A stretch of DNA of 64,000 nucleotides, taken from the NCBI GenBank assembly GCA_965601515.1, contig CBFCWN010000006.1, positions 2,372-66,371 on the forward strand. Reading direction: 5' to 3'. Positions 47,326 to 57,901 of this stretch are shown piece after piece. The position numbers and the translations under genes are program-made. This DNA is from an uncultured Myxococcales bacterium (lineage in GTDB: Bacteria > Myxococcota_A > Polyangia > Polyangiales > Houyiibacteriaceae). Position 1 is the stretch's first letter. Each line of letters starts with the position of its first letter. The notes under the pieces were generated by a model. That model saw only the letters and a program-made list of their open reading frames with translations, made no database searches and was not told the origin of the DNA.

Positions 47326-48785
47326 GCTTCCCCTGGCAGACCGCGTTTCAGATTCGCGGCCAGGTCGAAAAGGGCGCGGCGTCGGCGGTCGACATCACCC
47401 GGGCGTACCTCGATCGTGCCGAGACGCTGAATCCGAAACTCTCGTGCTTTGTCACGATCGATCACGAAGGCGCGCTCGCGGCAGCCGCACAGGTCGATCG
47501 TGACCGACGCGTCGGCCAGCCGCTCGGGCCTCTTGCTGGCGTTCCCATCGCGATCAAGGACAACCTCTGCACGCGAGGACTTCGCACGACCTGCGCCTCC
47601 AAGATCCTCGGCGACTACGTTCCGCCTTATGACGCGCACGTCATCGAGGCGGTGCGCAAGTCGGGCGCCGTGATTATCGGCAAGACGAATCTCGACGAGT
47701 TCGCGATGGGCTCGTCCAACGAGAACTCCGCCTTTGCGAACGTGGCGAACCCATGGGCTCTCGACCGAGCGCCCGGCGGGTCGTCCGGAGGTTCTGCGTG
47801 TGCGGTCGCAGCGGGGCTCGCGCCCATCGCGCTCGGTAGCGACACCGGCGGTTCGGTGCGCCAGCCAGCCGCGTTCTGTGGCATCACGGCGATCAAGCCG
47901 ACGTACGGGCGCGTGTCTCGCTACGGGCTCATCGCGTTCGCTTCCTCGCTCGACCAGGTGGGGCCAATGGCGCGTTCCGTGCGAGAAGCGGCGACGCTGC
48001 TCGAGGTGGTGGCGGGCCACGATGCACGTGATGCGACTTCGGCCGAGCAGCCGGTCACTCGATACACAGAAGCGTGCGACCGCGACGTGAAGGGGCTTCG
48101 GGTTGGCGTCGTCAGAGACCTCCTCGACGGTCTTCAGGATGCCGACGTCAAGAACAGCATCGAAGCCGCTCTTCAAGCTCTCGAAAGAGAAGGCGCGACG
48201 CTCGTCGACGTATCGCTTCCTCACGCCAAGCACGCGGTATCCGTCTATTACCTCGTTGCCACCGCCGAAGCGTCGAGCAACCTCGCACGGTTCGACGGCA
48301 TTCGCTACGGCCTCCGCGTTCCAGGGGACGACCTCACCGAGACGTACACTCGGACACGCGCACAGGGGTTCGGGCCCGAGGTGCGACGACGGATCATGCT
48401 CGGAACGTATGCGCTCTCTGCGGGCTATTACGACGCGTTCTATTTGAAAGCGCAGCGGGTCAGGACGCTCATTCGTCGCGACTACGACGTCGCATTCGAG
48501 CAGTGCGACGTCGTTTGCACGCCGACCGCGCCGACGCCGGCCTTCAAACTCGGCGAAAAGACCGGGAACCCGCTCGAGATGTACCTTGCAGACATCTTCA
48601 CTCTGCCGGCGAGTCTCGCCGGCCTCGCGGCGATCAGCACTCCATCGGGACTTTCGCCGGACGGCCTTCCGATTGGGCTCCAGCTCGTCGCGCCTCCCTT
48701 CGAGGAGGAGCGCCTCTGCACGGCGGCCCAGGCCGTCGAGAACGCGTCCGGGCTCACCGCTCAGCATCCTTCGACACTCGACTGA
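47322..48785 (+). CDS. gatA: Asp/Glu-tRNA amidotransferase subunit A
   Basis: Amidase signature GGSSGGSA...GSDTGGSVRQPA; 487 aa. Confidence 0.95.
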   Translation: MSFPWQTAFQIRGQVEKGAASAVDITRAYLDRAETLNPKLSCFVTIDHEGALAAAAQVDRDRRVGQPLGPLAGVPIAIKDNLCTRGLRTTCASKILGDYVPPYDAHVIEAVRKSGAVIIGKTNLDEFAMGSSNENSAFANVANPWALDRAPGGSSGGSACAVAAGLAPIALGSDTGGSVRQPAAFCGITAIKPTYGRVSRYGLIAFASSLDQVGPMARSVREAATLLEVVAGHDARDATSAEQPVTRYTEACDRDVKGLRVGVVRDLLDGLQDADVKNSIEAALQALEREGATLVDVSLPHAKHAVSVYYLVATAEASSNLARFDGIRYGLRVPGDDLTETYTRTRAQGFGPEVRRRIMLGTYALSAGYYDAFYLKAQRVRTLIRRDYDVAFEQCDVVCTPTAPTPAFKLGEKTGNPLEMYLADIFTLPASLAGLAAISTPSGLSPDGLPIGLQLVAPPFEEERLCTAAQAVENASGLTAQHPSTLD

Positions 48786-49939
48786 TGCGCGACGCGCTCC
48801 GGTTCGGGTCACGATTGACCGCGGAGCTTGGCCTTCTCGGAGCGGCGCGGCTCCTCCCGGGATCGTCTGGAGTCCCGCGTCGCCTCGGGGAAGTCGATCG
48901 AGCCTGGCTCGCAGACGCACTCTCCGATCGGTTCCCTCGGGTCGTGGTCGAGTCCGTCGAAGTGCTCGGTGAACACGCGGGTACGACGGCGCGGCGCCGG
49001 ATCGCCATTCGCTACGCCGGAAATAGACCCGACGGGGCTCCGGACTCGGTGTTCATCAAGGTCATGCCGCCTCGACTGGTCGAGCAGCTTTTTGGGCGCA
49101 TCTTCAATCTTGGCCCAACCGAAGTCGCCTTCTACCGCGACGTGCGGCCCGAGCTGCCGATTCGTGCCCCAGATGCCTACTCCGTGCGCGTGGGTCGAGG
49201 CGGAACCTACGCGCTCGTCCTCGAAGACCTCGCTGCTGTCGGGGTCACCTTCAAGACGATCGTCGATTCGGTCACGTTGGAGGAGGCAGAGTCGGTCGTC
49301 GATACACTGGCTTGCCTGCACGCCGCGTACTGGGGTCCGAATCGATTCCCGTGGCTGCGGACCGCGTCTCGGAACCCGAACGAGGCGATCGAGCGGTACG
49401 TCTGTGCGCTCGCACACCGACCGACGATGGAACGGTTTTCAGATCTTCTTCCGGCGCGAGTACGGACCGGGGCCAGCCGCATTCATTCCGACCGGCCGGC
49501 GCTCGAGCGCTACTGGGCCGAGGGCCCGCTAACGCTCATCCACGGGGACTCGCACGTCGGCAACATGTATTTCCAGCAGGGCGAGGCCGGACTCTTCGAC
49601 TGGCAGGTTACGCAGCATCATCAGGGAGTTCGGGATTTCGCGTACTTCTGCGTGCTCTCGCTCGACGTCGAGCTTCGCCGCGCTCAGGAAAGGGCGCTAT
49701 TCGAGCGCTACTGGCGCCGGCTGCACGAGGCCGGGGTTTCTAGAGATCAGGCCAACCCCGATTGGCTGTGGGAGCGCTACCGAAGCTTTTCGCTTTATGC
49801 GTACGTTGGTGCGTCGGTCACCGCGACAATGTCTGATCTCCAGCCAGAGCACATCGCGCGGACGGGCCTCCGACGCGCCGCGGTGGCGGTCGCCGACCTC
49901 GATGCGCTCGATCTGCTCGACCGGATCGCCGGACGCTGA
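48785..49939 (+). CDS. Phosphotransferase (APH/choline-kinase-like) family protein
   Basis: LIHGDSHVGNMYF catalytic loop and DWQ metal-binding motif. The ATG overlaps the gatA stop (TGATG). It is the 3' part of the 621-aa track ORF 48074..49939. Confidence 0.8.
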   Translation: MRDALRFGSRLTAELGLLGAARLLPGSSGVPRRLGEVDRAWLADALSDRFPRVVVESVEVLGEHAGTTARRRIAIRYAGNRPDGAPDSVFIKVMPPRLVEQLFGRIFNLGPTEVAFYRDVRPELPIRAPDAYSVRVGRGGTYALVLEDLAAVGVTFKTIVDSVTLEEAESVVDTLACLHAAYWGPNRFPWLRTASRNPNEAIERYVCALAHRPTMERFSDLLPARVRTGASRIHSDRPALERYWAEGPLTLIHGDSHVGNMYFQQGEAGLFDWQVTQHHQGVRDFAYFCVLSLDVELRRAQERALFERYWRRLHEAGVSRDQANPDWLWERYRSFSLYAYVGASVTATMSDLQPEHIARTGLRRAAVAVADLDALDLLDRIAGR

Positions 49940-49940
49940 C

Positions 49941-51473
49941 TCAGGTGCCGTCGACGTGACGCTGGCCCGTGCCCTCGTCCTCGGCGTCGCTTTCGGCTTT
50001 CACCATGACAGCGGAAGGCTTGCTGCGACGCTCCTCACCCGCGACCTCGACGCGATTTCGTCCGCGGGCCTTCGCGCGGTAGAGCGCCTGGTCGGCCTGC
50101 TCGATGAGCGCGTCGGCAGTGACGCCCGGTCGTAGCATCGAGAGCCCGATGCTCACGCTGATGCTCTCGGGGCCTCCCTCGACCTGGGGCGTGTTCGCGA
50201 GTCGGCCGCGAAGGCGTTCGGCGACGATGCGCGCCGCGGTGAGCTTGATCTCGGAGAAGATCACGAGGAACTCCTCGCCGCCCCAGCGGGATACGATGTC
50301 GTTTCGCCGAACGTACTCGGTGAGCGAGGTGGCGATTTGCTGAAGGACACGGTCGCCCGCGCCGTGGCCGAACTCGTCGTTGATCGCTTTGAAGTGGTCG
50401 ACGTCACACATCGCAACGCAGAGGCCCTTGTTGTTCCGCCGCGCTCGCGCGATTTCTTCTTCGAGGCGCTTCGTTGCGTGGCGACGGTTATAGAGGCCGG
50501 TCAGGCCGTCGGTAAGCGCGAGCTGCCGCGTTTCCTCGATCAGGAAGAGCGATTTGACGACGACCCCGAGAGCATCGGCAACGAGCTCCGTGCTGCGAAG
50601 GTCGGCGTCGCCGCTCACCTGCGGGCCGCCATACACCTTGAGGGAACCGAGTTTCTCGTCACCCACTCGGATGTCGAAGCTGGTGGCGCGGCCGCCGACG
50701 ACATGTTCGCCTTCGCCGAACTTCGGGTCGGGCTCGACCGTGGTCTTCGCGGAGGCGAGCGAGCTCTCCGGGATGCTGAGCGCGGCAAGCCCGGGCATGG
50801 CGTCGCCTTTCGGCCACGGCCCGCGAGCGCGGATCGAGTAGGTCGGTCCGCCTGGACCAAGAAGCTCGAGCACCAGGTACGGGCAGCCAATGACTTCGGA
50901 CGCAAGCGACAACACGCGCTCGCCGAACTCGAGTCGGTCGTTGACGTAGTTCATCAGACGCCGCACCTCGGACTGGACGACGACTTCGAAAAGGTGGTGG
51001 TCGAGAACGGCGCTCACGCGTGCGAGCGGCGTGCCGGTCAGTTCCGGCGGGCGGCTGTCCCGGCGGGTTCTGCCCTTCATCAGCTCGTCGATCGCCGGGA
51101 GGAGCTTCTCCTCCATGTCTTCCTTGCCGAGGTACACGTCGGCGCCCGCCTTTCGACCCCAGAAGCGGGTTTGGATCGCTTCGGCCGCCGTGAGGAGCAC
51201 GAAGGCGATGTCCGCCATGGCGGGGTCGCCTCGAAATACCCGACAGAGCTGAACCCCGGTGATCGCCTCCATCTCGATGTCGCTCACGACGAGGTCGAAG
51301 GTATTCCCGAGGGTGAGGTCGAGGGCCTCTTCGCCCGAGCTCGCCTCGACGATTTCGAATCCTCGGGTCTCGAGCTTCTCAACGACACGCCGGCGGACCG
51401 ACGGACTGTCGTCCACGACTAGAGCCCGAAATCCTTCGGACTGTGCGCTCCCCTGCCCAGTGCCTTCAGGCAT
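49941..51473 (-). CDS. Response regulator-diguanylate cyclase (REC, central GAF-like region, GGDEF)
   Basis: Receiver ALVVDDSPSVRRRV...LVVSDIEME...YLGKE. Also LTGLYNRRH, GGEEF active site, and RRND I-site 5 residues upstream. Confidence 0.9.
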   Translation of the reverse strand: MPEGTGQGSAQSEGFRALVVDDSPSVRRRVVEKLETRGFEIVEASSGEEALDLTLGNTFDLVVSDIEMEAITGVQLCRVFRGDPAMADIAFVLLTAAEAIQTRFWGRKAGADVYLGKEDMEEKLLPAIDELMKGRTRRDSRPPELTGTPLARVSAVLDHHLFEVVVQSEVRRLMNYVNDRLEFGERVLSLASEVIGCPYLVLELLGPGGPTYSIRARGPWPKGDAMPGLAALSIPESSLASAKTTVEPDPKFGEGEHVVGGRATSFDIRVGDEKLGSLKVYGGPQVSGDADLRSTELVADALGVVVKSLFLIEETRQLALTDGLTGLYNRRHATKRLEEEIARARRNNKGLCVAMCDVDHFKAINDEFGHGAGDRVLQQIATSLTEYVRRNDIVSRWGGEEFLVIFSEIKLTAARIVAERLRGRLANTPQVEGGPESISVSIGLSMLRPGVTADALIEQADQALYRAKARGRNRVEVAGEERRSKPSAVMVKAESDAEDEGTGQRHVDGT

Positions 51474-51573
51474 GTAACCCCTCTTTCATGATGAGAAAGA
51501 CTCGGCCGAAATGCCAACGGTTCTGGGGATTTCCCTCCATGGCCTTTGATTCCGGGTGCGCTATACCCGCCGC

Positions 51574-53037
51574 ATGACCGCGTATGAGCCCGTGATTGGC
51601 CTCGAAGTGCATGCTCAGATGCGCTCTCGAACCAAGCTGTTTTGCGGCTGCCCAACGGAATATGGGGCTCCTCCGAACGAGCACACATGTCCAGTATGCC
51701 TCGCGCTCCCAGGCGCGCTTCCCGTACCGAACGCGAAGGCGATCGAGCTCGCGGTGCAGGCCGGTCTGGCGCTCGAATGCGACGTGGCCTCACGTAGTAT
51801 CTTCGCTCGAAAGAACTACTTCTATCCGGACCTTCCGAAGGGCTATCAGATCTCGCAGTTCGAGCTTCCGCTGAACGGCAAAGGTCATCTAGACATCGAG
51901 GTTGACGGCGAGACGAAGCGAATCGGTATCACGCGCATTCATGTCGAAGAAGATGCGGCGAAGAACATCCACGGCTCCAGAGGGTCTGCGGTCACCCTCG
52001 TCGACTTCAACCGCGGCGGTACCCCCCTAATCGAAATCGTCAGCGATCCCGACCTTCGAAGCGCCGACGAAGCGGAGGCGTACCTTCGCAAGCTGCGCGA
52101 CATTCTGATGTTCATCGGCGTGAACGACGGCAACCTCGAAGAAGGCTCGTTCCGCTGCGATGCCAACGTGTCGATTCGGCCCGTCGGACAAGAAGAGTTC
52201 GGCACGCGGGCGGAGCTCAAGAACATCAACTCCTTCCGGTTCGTGCACAAAGCGATCGAACACGAAATCGCGCGCCAAGAAGGCGTGCTTCAGAACGGCG
52301 GCACCGTCGTGCAAGAAACCCGCACCTGGAACGAGGCGCAGGAAAAGACCGTGTCGATGCGCGGCAAAGAAGAGGCGCACGACTATCGATACTTTCCAGA
52401 CCCCGATCTGCCCCCGGTCGTAATCGAGGAAGCCCGGATCGAGGAGCTGCGGGAAGCGCTCCCGGAGCTGCCTGAGACGAAGCGCAAACGATGGCAAGAA
52501 GAGCTCGGAGTCACCGAATACGACGCGGGCGTACTATCGGGTCATCCCGCCATCGCCGACTACTACGAAGATGTTGCGCAGCAGCTTGCTGAGCGAAGCG
52601 GCGCCAAACTAGCCGTCGCGGGTAAGAAGGCGGCGAACTTCGTGCAGGCCGAGGTGATGCGTCACGTCACCACCGACGGGCTCGACGCGATTTTTCCAGT
52701 TGCGGCGAGCTCCGTCGCAGACCTGCTTGGGAAGGTCGAAGACAACACGATCAACGGCAAAATCGCGAAGAAGGTGTTCGGCACGATGGTCGAGACCGGC
52801 AGGTCTCCCGGGGCGATCATCGATGAGCAGGGTCTTGCTCAGGTGACCGACGCCGGTGCGATCGAAGAAGAAGTGAGGCGTGTCATCGAGGCGAATCCGT
52901 CGCAGGTCGAGCAGTACAAGGGCGGCAAACAGAATCTCATCGGCTACTTCGTCGGGCAGGTCATGAAGGCGACGAAGGGCGCGGCGAACCCCAAGGTCGT
53001 CAACGAGACACTGCGGCGTTTGTTGGACGAGGCATGA
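51574..53037 (+). CDS. gatB: Asp/Glu-tRNA amidotransferase subunit B
   Basis: [13 protein letters not shown] start, [12 protein letters not shown], and a C-terminal YqeY-like tail. ATG at 51574. Confidence 0.95.
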   Translation: MTAYEPVIGLEVHAQMRSRTKLFCGCPTEYGAPPNEHTCPVCLALPGALPVPNAKAIELAVQAGLALECDVASRSIFARKNYFYPDLPKGYQISQFELPLNGKGHLDIEVDGETKRIGITRIHVEEDAAKNIHGSRGSAVTLVDFNRGGTPLIEIVSDPDLRSADEAEAYLRKLRDILMFIGVNDGNLEEGSFRCDANVSIRPVGQEEFGTRAELKNINSFRFVHKAIEHEIARQEGVLQNGGTVVQETRTWNEAQEKTVSMRGKEEAHDYRYFPDPDLPPVVIEEARIEELREALPELPETKRKRWQEELGVTEYDAGVLSGHPAIADYYEDVAQQLAERSGAKLAVAGKKAANFVQAEVMRHVTTDGLDAIFPVAASSVADLLGKVEDNTINGKIAKKVFGTMVETGRSPGAIIDEQGLAQVTDAGAIEEEVRRVIEANPSQVEQYKGGKQNLIGYFVGQVMKATKGAANPKVVNETLRRLLDEA

Positions 53038-54110
53038 CGAAGCTGCTTTCTCGCGAACCGTTGAGCGGAGCCGACTGGTTCGCGGTGGAGCTCGACCCGG
53101 AGACGCGCGAGGTCGTGATGCTCGACCAGCGGCTCTTGCCAAGCGAGGTCGTCTACCGGCGCTACCGTAAAGCCGACGAAGTGGCGGAGGCGATTCGGTC
53201 GATGGTCGTACGCGGAGCGCCCGCCATTGGGATTTCGGCGGCCTATGCGCTCGCGCTCGTCGCTCGCGAAGAGCATGGCGATGCGAAGATGTTTCTCATC
53301 GCGAACGGGGTGGCGGGCCGCGTTCTCAACGCGACCCGGCCGACGGCGGTGAATCTAGCGTGGGCGATCGCTCGAATGTCTCGCAAGGCCGGCGAAGTCG
53401 CGGAGCTCTCGCCCGACGAGCGGTACCTCGGCATGCTCGGGGAAGCCGAGACCATCCATCGGGAGGACGTCGAGGCGTGCCGGCGAATGGGCGCGCTCGG
53501 AGCCGAGGACGTGCCGGACGGCGCCACGATCCTCACGCACTGCAATGCCGGCGCGCTCGCAACCGGTGGCTACGGAACGGCGCTTGGTGTGATTCGGGCG
53601 GCTCACGAACGAGGCAAGGGCATCCGCGTACTGGTCGACGAAACGCGGCCATACCTGCAGGGCGCGCGGCTGACCGCTTGGGAGCTCCATCGTGACGGGA
53701 TCCCCGTCGAGGCGATCACCGACAGCATGGCCGGCCACTTCCTTCAGCGCGGCGAGGTCCAGTTCGTCGTCGTGGGGAGCGACCGCATCGCCGCCAACTC
53801 GGACGTTGCGAACAAGATCGGGACCTACTCCATTGCGGTACTCGCGAATCGACACGACGTGTCGTTCACCGTCGCAGCGCCCTGGAGCACGGTCGACCTT
53901 CGAACGCCGACCGGTGCTGACATTCCGATCGAGGAGCGCGCGGAAGAGGAGGTCGCCCGCATTGGGGACGAAAGGCTCGTTCCAGAGGGTGTTCGCTGCC
54001 GTCATCCCGCGTTCGACATCACGCCGTCATCCCTCGTCGACTCGATCTATACCGAGCGCGGCGTGATCCACCCGAAGATCGGAGAGCGACCAGACGTCCT
54101 GCGCGGCTAG
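53034..54110 (+). CDS. mtnA: S-methyl-5-thioribose-1-phosphate isomerase
   Basis: [28 protein letters not shown], and [23 protein letters not shown] overlap with gatB. Confidence 0.9.
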   Translation: MTKLLSREPLSGADWFAVELDPETREVVMLDQRLLPSEVVYRRYRKADEVAEAIRSMVVRGAPAIGISAAYALALVAREEHGDAKMFLIANGVAGRVLNATRPTAVNLAWAIARMSRKAGEVAELSPDERYLGMLGEAETIHREDVEACRRMGALGAEDVPDGATILTHCNAGALATGGYGTALGVIRAAHERGKGIRVLVDETRPYLQGARLTAWELHRDGIPVEAITDSMAGHFLQRGEVQFVVVGSDRIAANSDVANKIGTYSIAVLANRHDVSFTVAAPWSTVDLRTPTGADIPIEERAEEEVARIGDERLVPEGVRCRHPAFDITPSSLVDSIYTERGVIHPKIGERPDVLRG

Positions 54111-54132
54111 GTCGCGTCGCTCCCGACGCGGC
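54111..54132. terminator. GC-rich hairpin between convergent stops (candidate bidirectional terminator)
   Basis: gtcgcgtcg (54111-54119), loop ctcc, cgacgcggc (54124-54132): a 9-bp stem including one G-U pair. No U-tract. Confidence 0.3.
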
Positions 54133-54134
54133 GA

Positions 54135-55193
54135 CTAAAGACGCATCAACGCCGCGCCCCAGTTCAGGCCGGCGCCTAGCGCGAGAAAGCAGACCAGCTG
54201 GCCTTCCTCGAGCTTTCCTTCACGCCGAAGCTCATCGGTGAGGATTCCAATGGTGGCCGCAGACGTGTTGCCGTAGCGCGCGATGTTCGACGGAATCTTC
54301 TCCGGCGGAATACGTAGCGTGTCTCGAACGGCATTGTTGATTCGATCGTTCGCCTGGTGCGCGATGAACCAGTCGACGTCATCTTGAGTGACGCCGTAGG
54401 TCTTGCAAAGCGAGCGAATCGTTCGCGTGAGCGACTGCACCGCCTTCTTGAGCAGGGAGGGACCCGACATGTGAGGGATGTGGCGGTCGTCGTCGAGCAG
54501 CTCGTGGGTGACGTACGGGATCTGTCGAAAGCCCACTCCAGGCACGTAGATGTTCTCGAAAAAGCGGCCGTCGCTGTGGAGCTCCGCGCCGATGAAGCCG
54601 CGGTCGGGCGTGTCGCTCTTCCGGAGCACCATCGCCGCCGCCCCGTCGCCGAAGATCACGGCGAGGCCCCGGTGTTTGTTCGCGCGTTCGAGCGCGGCTG
54701 GGTCGATCGGTTTGGCCACGCCGGAGCGGACGACGTCCCAGTCGATCCACGGCATGAAGCCCGCGTGTATGTCCGCGCCGACCAACAACACCGTCTCTGC
54801 GGCCCCGCTTTCGATGAGTCCGTTCGTCAACTGGAATGCGTACGGCATCGCAGCGCACTGCTGTCGAATATCGAGTGCCGGGACTCCCGGGATGCCGAGC
54901 TTTGCGCCGAGGAGGGGGCCCGATCCGGGGAAGAAGTATTCGGGCGTCATCGTCGCGAAGACGATGTAGTCTACGTCTTCGGCGGTGACGTTGGCGTCTT
55001 GAAGAGCAATGCGGGCCGCTTCGAGCCCGAGGTCACTCACCCCTTGACCGTCTTCGGCGTAGTGTCGCTGCTTGATGCCCGTTCGGGTCTGAATCCACTC
55101 GTCGTTGGTGTCCATCACCAGCGCAAGTGAGTCGTTGGGAACGGGGCTACCTGGGACGTGACGTCCGGTCCCGACGATGGTGATGCCGCTCAT
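54135..55193 (-). CDS. 3-oxoacyl-ACP synthase III (FabH-like KAS III)
   Basis: Cys-His-Asn triad contexts present: DIRQQCAAMPYA, FIAHQANDRI, GNTSAATI. Also FGDGAAAMVL. 352 aa. Confidence 0.85.
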   Translation of the reverse strand: MSGITIVGTGRHVPGSPVPNDSLALVMDTNDEWIQTRTGIKQRHYAEDGQGVSDLGLEAARIALQDANVTAEDVDYIVFATMTPEYFFPGSGPLLGAKLGIPGVPALDIRQQCAAMPYAFQLTNGLIESGAAETVLLVGADIHAGFMPWIDWDVVRSGVAKPIDPAALERANKHRGLAVIFGDGAAAMVLRKSDTPDRGFIGAELHSDGRFFENIYVPGVGFRQIPYVTHELLDDDRHIPHMSGPSLLKKAVQSLTRTIRSLCKTYGVTQDDVDWFIAHQANDRINNAVRDTLRIPPEKIPSNIARYGNTSAATIGILTDELRREGKLEEGQLVCFLALGAGLNWGAALMRL

Positions 55194-56485
55194 TCGAGAA
55201 TCTCACCTTGCCAAAGCGCCTCGGGGCCGCTCCTCTGTCGAACCAGGCGGGCGCGTGAGCCATCGACGAGCACCTCCGGCGGGAGTGGGCGCGCGTTGTA
55301 CATGCTCTGCATTTCTCGTCCGTACGCGCCGGCACCTCGAATCGCAAGCAAGTCGCCGGGCTTCATGTCGGGCAGCGGTCGATCCTTGGCGACGAAATCA
55401 CCGGACTCGCAGACCGGGCCGACGACGTCGACCGGGTGAAGCGCGGCGTCTGCCGTCGGTTCCACGATGGGCATGATGGCGTGATACGCGCCGTAGAGTG
55501 CGGGCCGGATGAGCTCCGTCATCGCAGCGTCGACAATTACGAAACGCCGATCGCTTTGCTCCTTCGTGTACAGAACGCGGGTGAGCAGTACGCCGGCATC
55601 GCCGACGAGCGCTCGGCCGGGCTCGGTGACGATCTCGATGTCCGGCCGCAGCATATCGGCAGCGTGGAGGCCGTCGCGGATCGCCTCTCCAAACACCTGA
55701 GCGGGCGGGTAGGGGTCGTCCTCTTGGCCGTAGTGCATCGGCCATCCACCGCCGACGTCGATCGCCCGGAGCTCCGCGCCATGGTCGATGCAGTGCTTTG
55801 CAAAGTTGCCGAGGATCTCGATCGCTTCGCGAAGCGGCGTGGGCGACGATAGCTGAGAGCCGATGTGGCAGGCGACCGCTTCGAGCTCGAGATGCGAGCT
55901 CTTCATGATGCGGGGCAGGATCGATTCGGCGACGGGAATCGCGAGTCCAAACTTCGACTCCCGCAGGCCGGTCGCGATGTAGGGATGGGTCTTCGCGTCG
56001 ACGTCAGGATTGACCCGGAGGCCAATCGCGAGCTTGCGTCCGAGCTCTAGGGCGACGCTCTCCACGACGTCGAGCTCTTGAATGTTCTCGACGTGAAGCG
56101 CCCGAATTCCGGCCTGCGCGGCGGCCATGATTTCCTCTCGGCGCTTACCGACGCCGCTGTAGACGATGCGCTCGGGTGGAAAGCCGGCTTTGAGCGCGCG
56201 CCGCAGCTCTCCTGCGGAAACGATGTCGGCGCCGCATCCCTGCGATGCGAGCCGCGCAAGAATCGAGAGGTTGCCGTTGGCCTTCACCGCATAGGCGACC
56301 ATGTGTGGCGCGAAGTCTAGGGCGCTATCGATCGACCGGTAAGCGTCGTCGATCGCGGCGCCCGAGTAGACGAACGTCGGGGTATCGAAGTCGGACGCGA
56401 TCGACTCGAGAGAGACCTCTTCGCAGAGGAGCGTGCCGTCTCGATACGAAAACCACGGCGACTCCGGGATGTGCGCGTTGGACAT
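55190..56485 (-). CDS. lysA: Diaminopimelate decarboxylase
   Basis: PLP lysine context YAVKANGN, DVGGG, and CESGD substrate loop. Confidence 0.95.
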   Translation of the reverse strand: MSNAHIPESPWFSYRDGTLLCEEVSLESIASDFDTPTFVYSGAAIDDAYRSIDSALDFAPHMVAYAVKANGNLSILARLASQGCGADIVSAGELRRALKAGFPPERIVYSGVGKRREEIMAAAQAGIRALHVENIQELDVVESVALELGRKLAIGLRVNPDVDAKTHPYIATGLRESKFGLAIPVAESILPRIMKSSHLELEAVACHIGSQLSSPTPLREAIEILGNFAKHCIDHGAELRAIDVGGGWPMHYGQEDDPYPPAQVFGEAIRDGLHAADMLRPDIEIVTEPGRALVGDAGVLLTRVLYTKEQSDRRFVIVDAAMTELIRPALYGAYHAIMPIVEPTADAALHPVDVVGPVCESGDFVAKDRPLPDMKPGDLLAIRGAGAYGREMQSMYNARPLPPEVLVDGSRARLVRQRSGPEALWQGEILE

Positions 56486-56495
56486 GGCAGCCCCG

Positions 56496-57887
56496 TTATG
56501 CGGTGCGACGGGCTTCGAGTCGACCCCGAAGCTCTGCGATCGCGTCGGTCACTCGCGATCGCGCAGGGCCGCCCTGCACATCGCGCCGTTCCACTGCGGT
56601 GTCCATGTCTAGCGCGTCGAAGACGCTTGCGTCGAAGGACTCGTGCTCGGCTCGGTACTCGTCGAGCGTCAGCTCGGAAAGGGTCTTCCCAGCGAGGTGT
56701 GCCTTTTGCACCAGTCGTCCCGAAACGTGGTGCGCGTCGCGGAATGGGACACCCTTGGCAGCGAGCCAGTCGGCGACCTCGGTGGCGTCGAGGAAACCGG
56801 CGCTCAGGGCCTCTCGCATTCGGTCCGCGTGGAATGTCGCGGACGCAATGGCTCCTGTCAGGACGGCGAGACAGTCGTGGACGGTGTCGAACGCCTCGAA
56901 GACGGGCGCCTTGTCTTCTTGGAGGTCGCGATTGTAGGCCAGGGGCAGTCCTTTGAGCATGACGATGAGGTTCACCAGCGACCCGACGACGCGCCCCGTC
57001 TTGCCTCGCACGAGCTCCGGCATGTCGGGGTTCTTCTTCTGGGGCATGATCGACGACCCGGTGGTGAACGCGTCGCTCATCTGCATGAACGCGAACTCTT
57101 GACTCGACCAAAGTACGAGCTCCTCCGCGATGCGAGAAAGATGCACCGAGCAAATCGCAAGCGCGCTGACCGCTTCGAGCAGAAAGTCGCGACTGCTCAC
57201 GGCGTCTAGCGAGTTGCGCATGGGCCGCTCAAAGCCGAGTGCCTTCGCGGTCCCTTCGCGGTCGACGGGGAACGTGGTGCCTGCGAGCGCGGCCGCTCCG
57301 AGCGGGGACTCGTTCATGCGGGCCGCCGCGTCGGCGAGGCGGCCCCTGTCGCGTTCGAGCATTTCGGCCCACGCGAGAAGGTGATGGGAGAGGCGCACCG
57401 GTTGGGCACGCTGGAGGTGCGTGTAGCCTGGCATCAGCACGTCGAGGTGCGATTCGGCCTGGTCGGCAAGCACCGCGAGGAACGCGTCGATATCGGCCAT
57501 CACGGACGCGCAGGCTTCGCGCGTCCAAAGCCGCATGTCGGTCGCGACCTGGTCGTTCCGACTCCGAGCGGTGTGAAGGCGCCCGCCCGCGTCGCCGATT
57601 GCCTCGGTGAGGGCGGCCTCGATGTTCATGTGGACGTCTTCTTTGCTGGCGTCCCAGTCGAACTCCTCCGCCAAGATCGCGGCGCCGATGCGATCGAGCC
57701 CGGAAACGATCAGGTCCGCGTCGTCCTTCGAAAGGATGCCGCGCTCGGAAAGCATGCGTACGTGCGCCTTCGAGCCCTCGATGTCTTGCGGCCAAAGCCG
57801 ACCATCGACATCGACGCTAGCGCTGAATCTCGCCGCGATTGCGTCCAGCTCTTCTTCGAACCGGCCGCCCCATGCTTTGTCGCTCAT
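56496..57887 (-). CDS. argH: Argininosuccinate lyase
   Basis: WGGRF start and the fumarate-lyase signature GSSIMPQKKNPD. Confidence 0.95.
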   Translation of the reverse strand: MSDKAWGGRFEEELDAIAARFSASVDVDGRLWPQDIEGSKAHVRMLSERGILSKDDADLIVSGLDRIGAAILAEEFDWDASKEDVHMNIEAALTEAIGDAGGRLHTARSRNDQVATDMRLWTREACASVMADIDAFLAVLADQAESHLDVLMPGYTHLQRAQPVRLSHHLLAWAEMLERDRGRLADAAARMNESPLGAAALAGTTFPVDREGTAKALGFERPMRNSLDAVSSRDFLLEAVSALAICSVHLSRIAEELVLWSSQEFAFMQMSDAFTTGSSIMPQKKNPDMPELVRGKTGRVVGSLVNLIVMLKGLPLAYNRDLQEDKAPVFEAFDTVHDCLAVLTGAIASATFHADRMREALSAGFLDATEVADWLAAKGVPFRDAHHVSGRLVQKAHLAGKTLSELTLDEYRAEHESFDASVFDALDMDTAVERRDVQGGPARSRVTDAIAELRGRLEARRTA

Positions 57888-57901
57888 CGTCGTCCTCTCC
57901 G

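Noticed and set aside
48074-48784. First 237 codons of the 621-aa track ORF 48074..49939
   Set aside because: This part overlaps gatA out of frame and is Arg-rich nonsense. The real gene starts at ATG 48785, where the kinase-fold homology begins.
47289-48920. 543-aa minus-strand ORF opposite gatA
   Set aside because: Shadow ORF. The amidase signature on the plus strand fixes the coding strand.
51544-51565. TTGATT ... TATACC resembling -35/-10 boxes upstream of gatB
   Set aside because: The spacer is only 10 nt, which is incompatible with a sigma-70 promoter.
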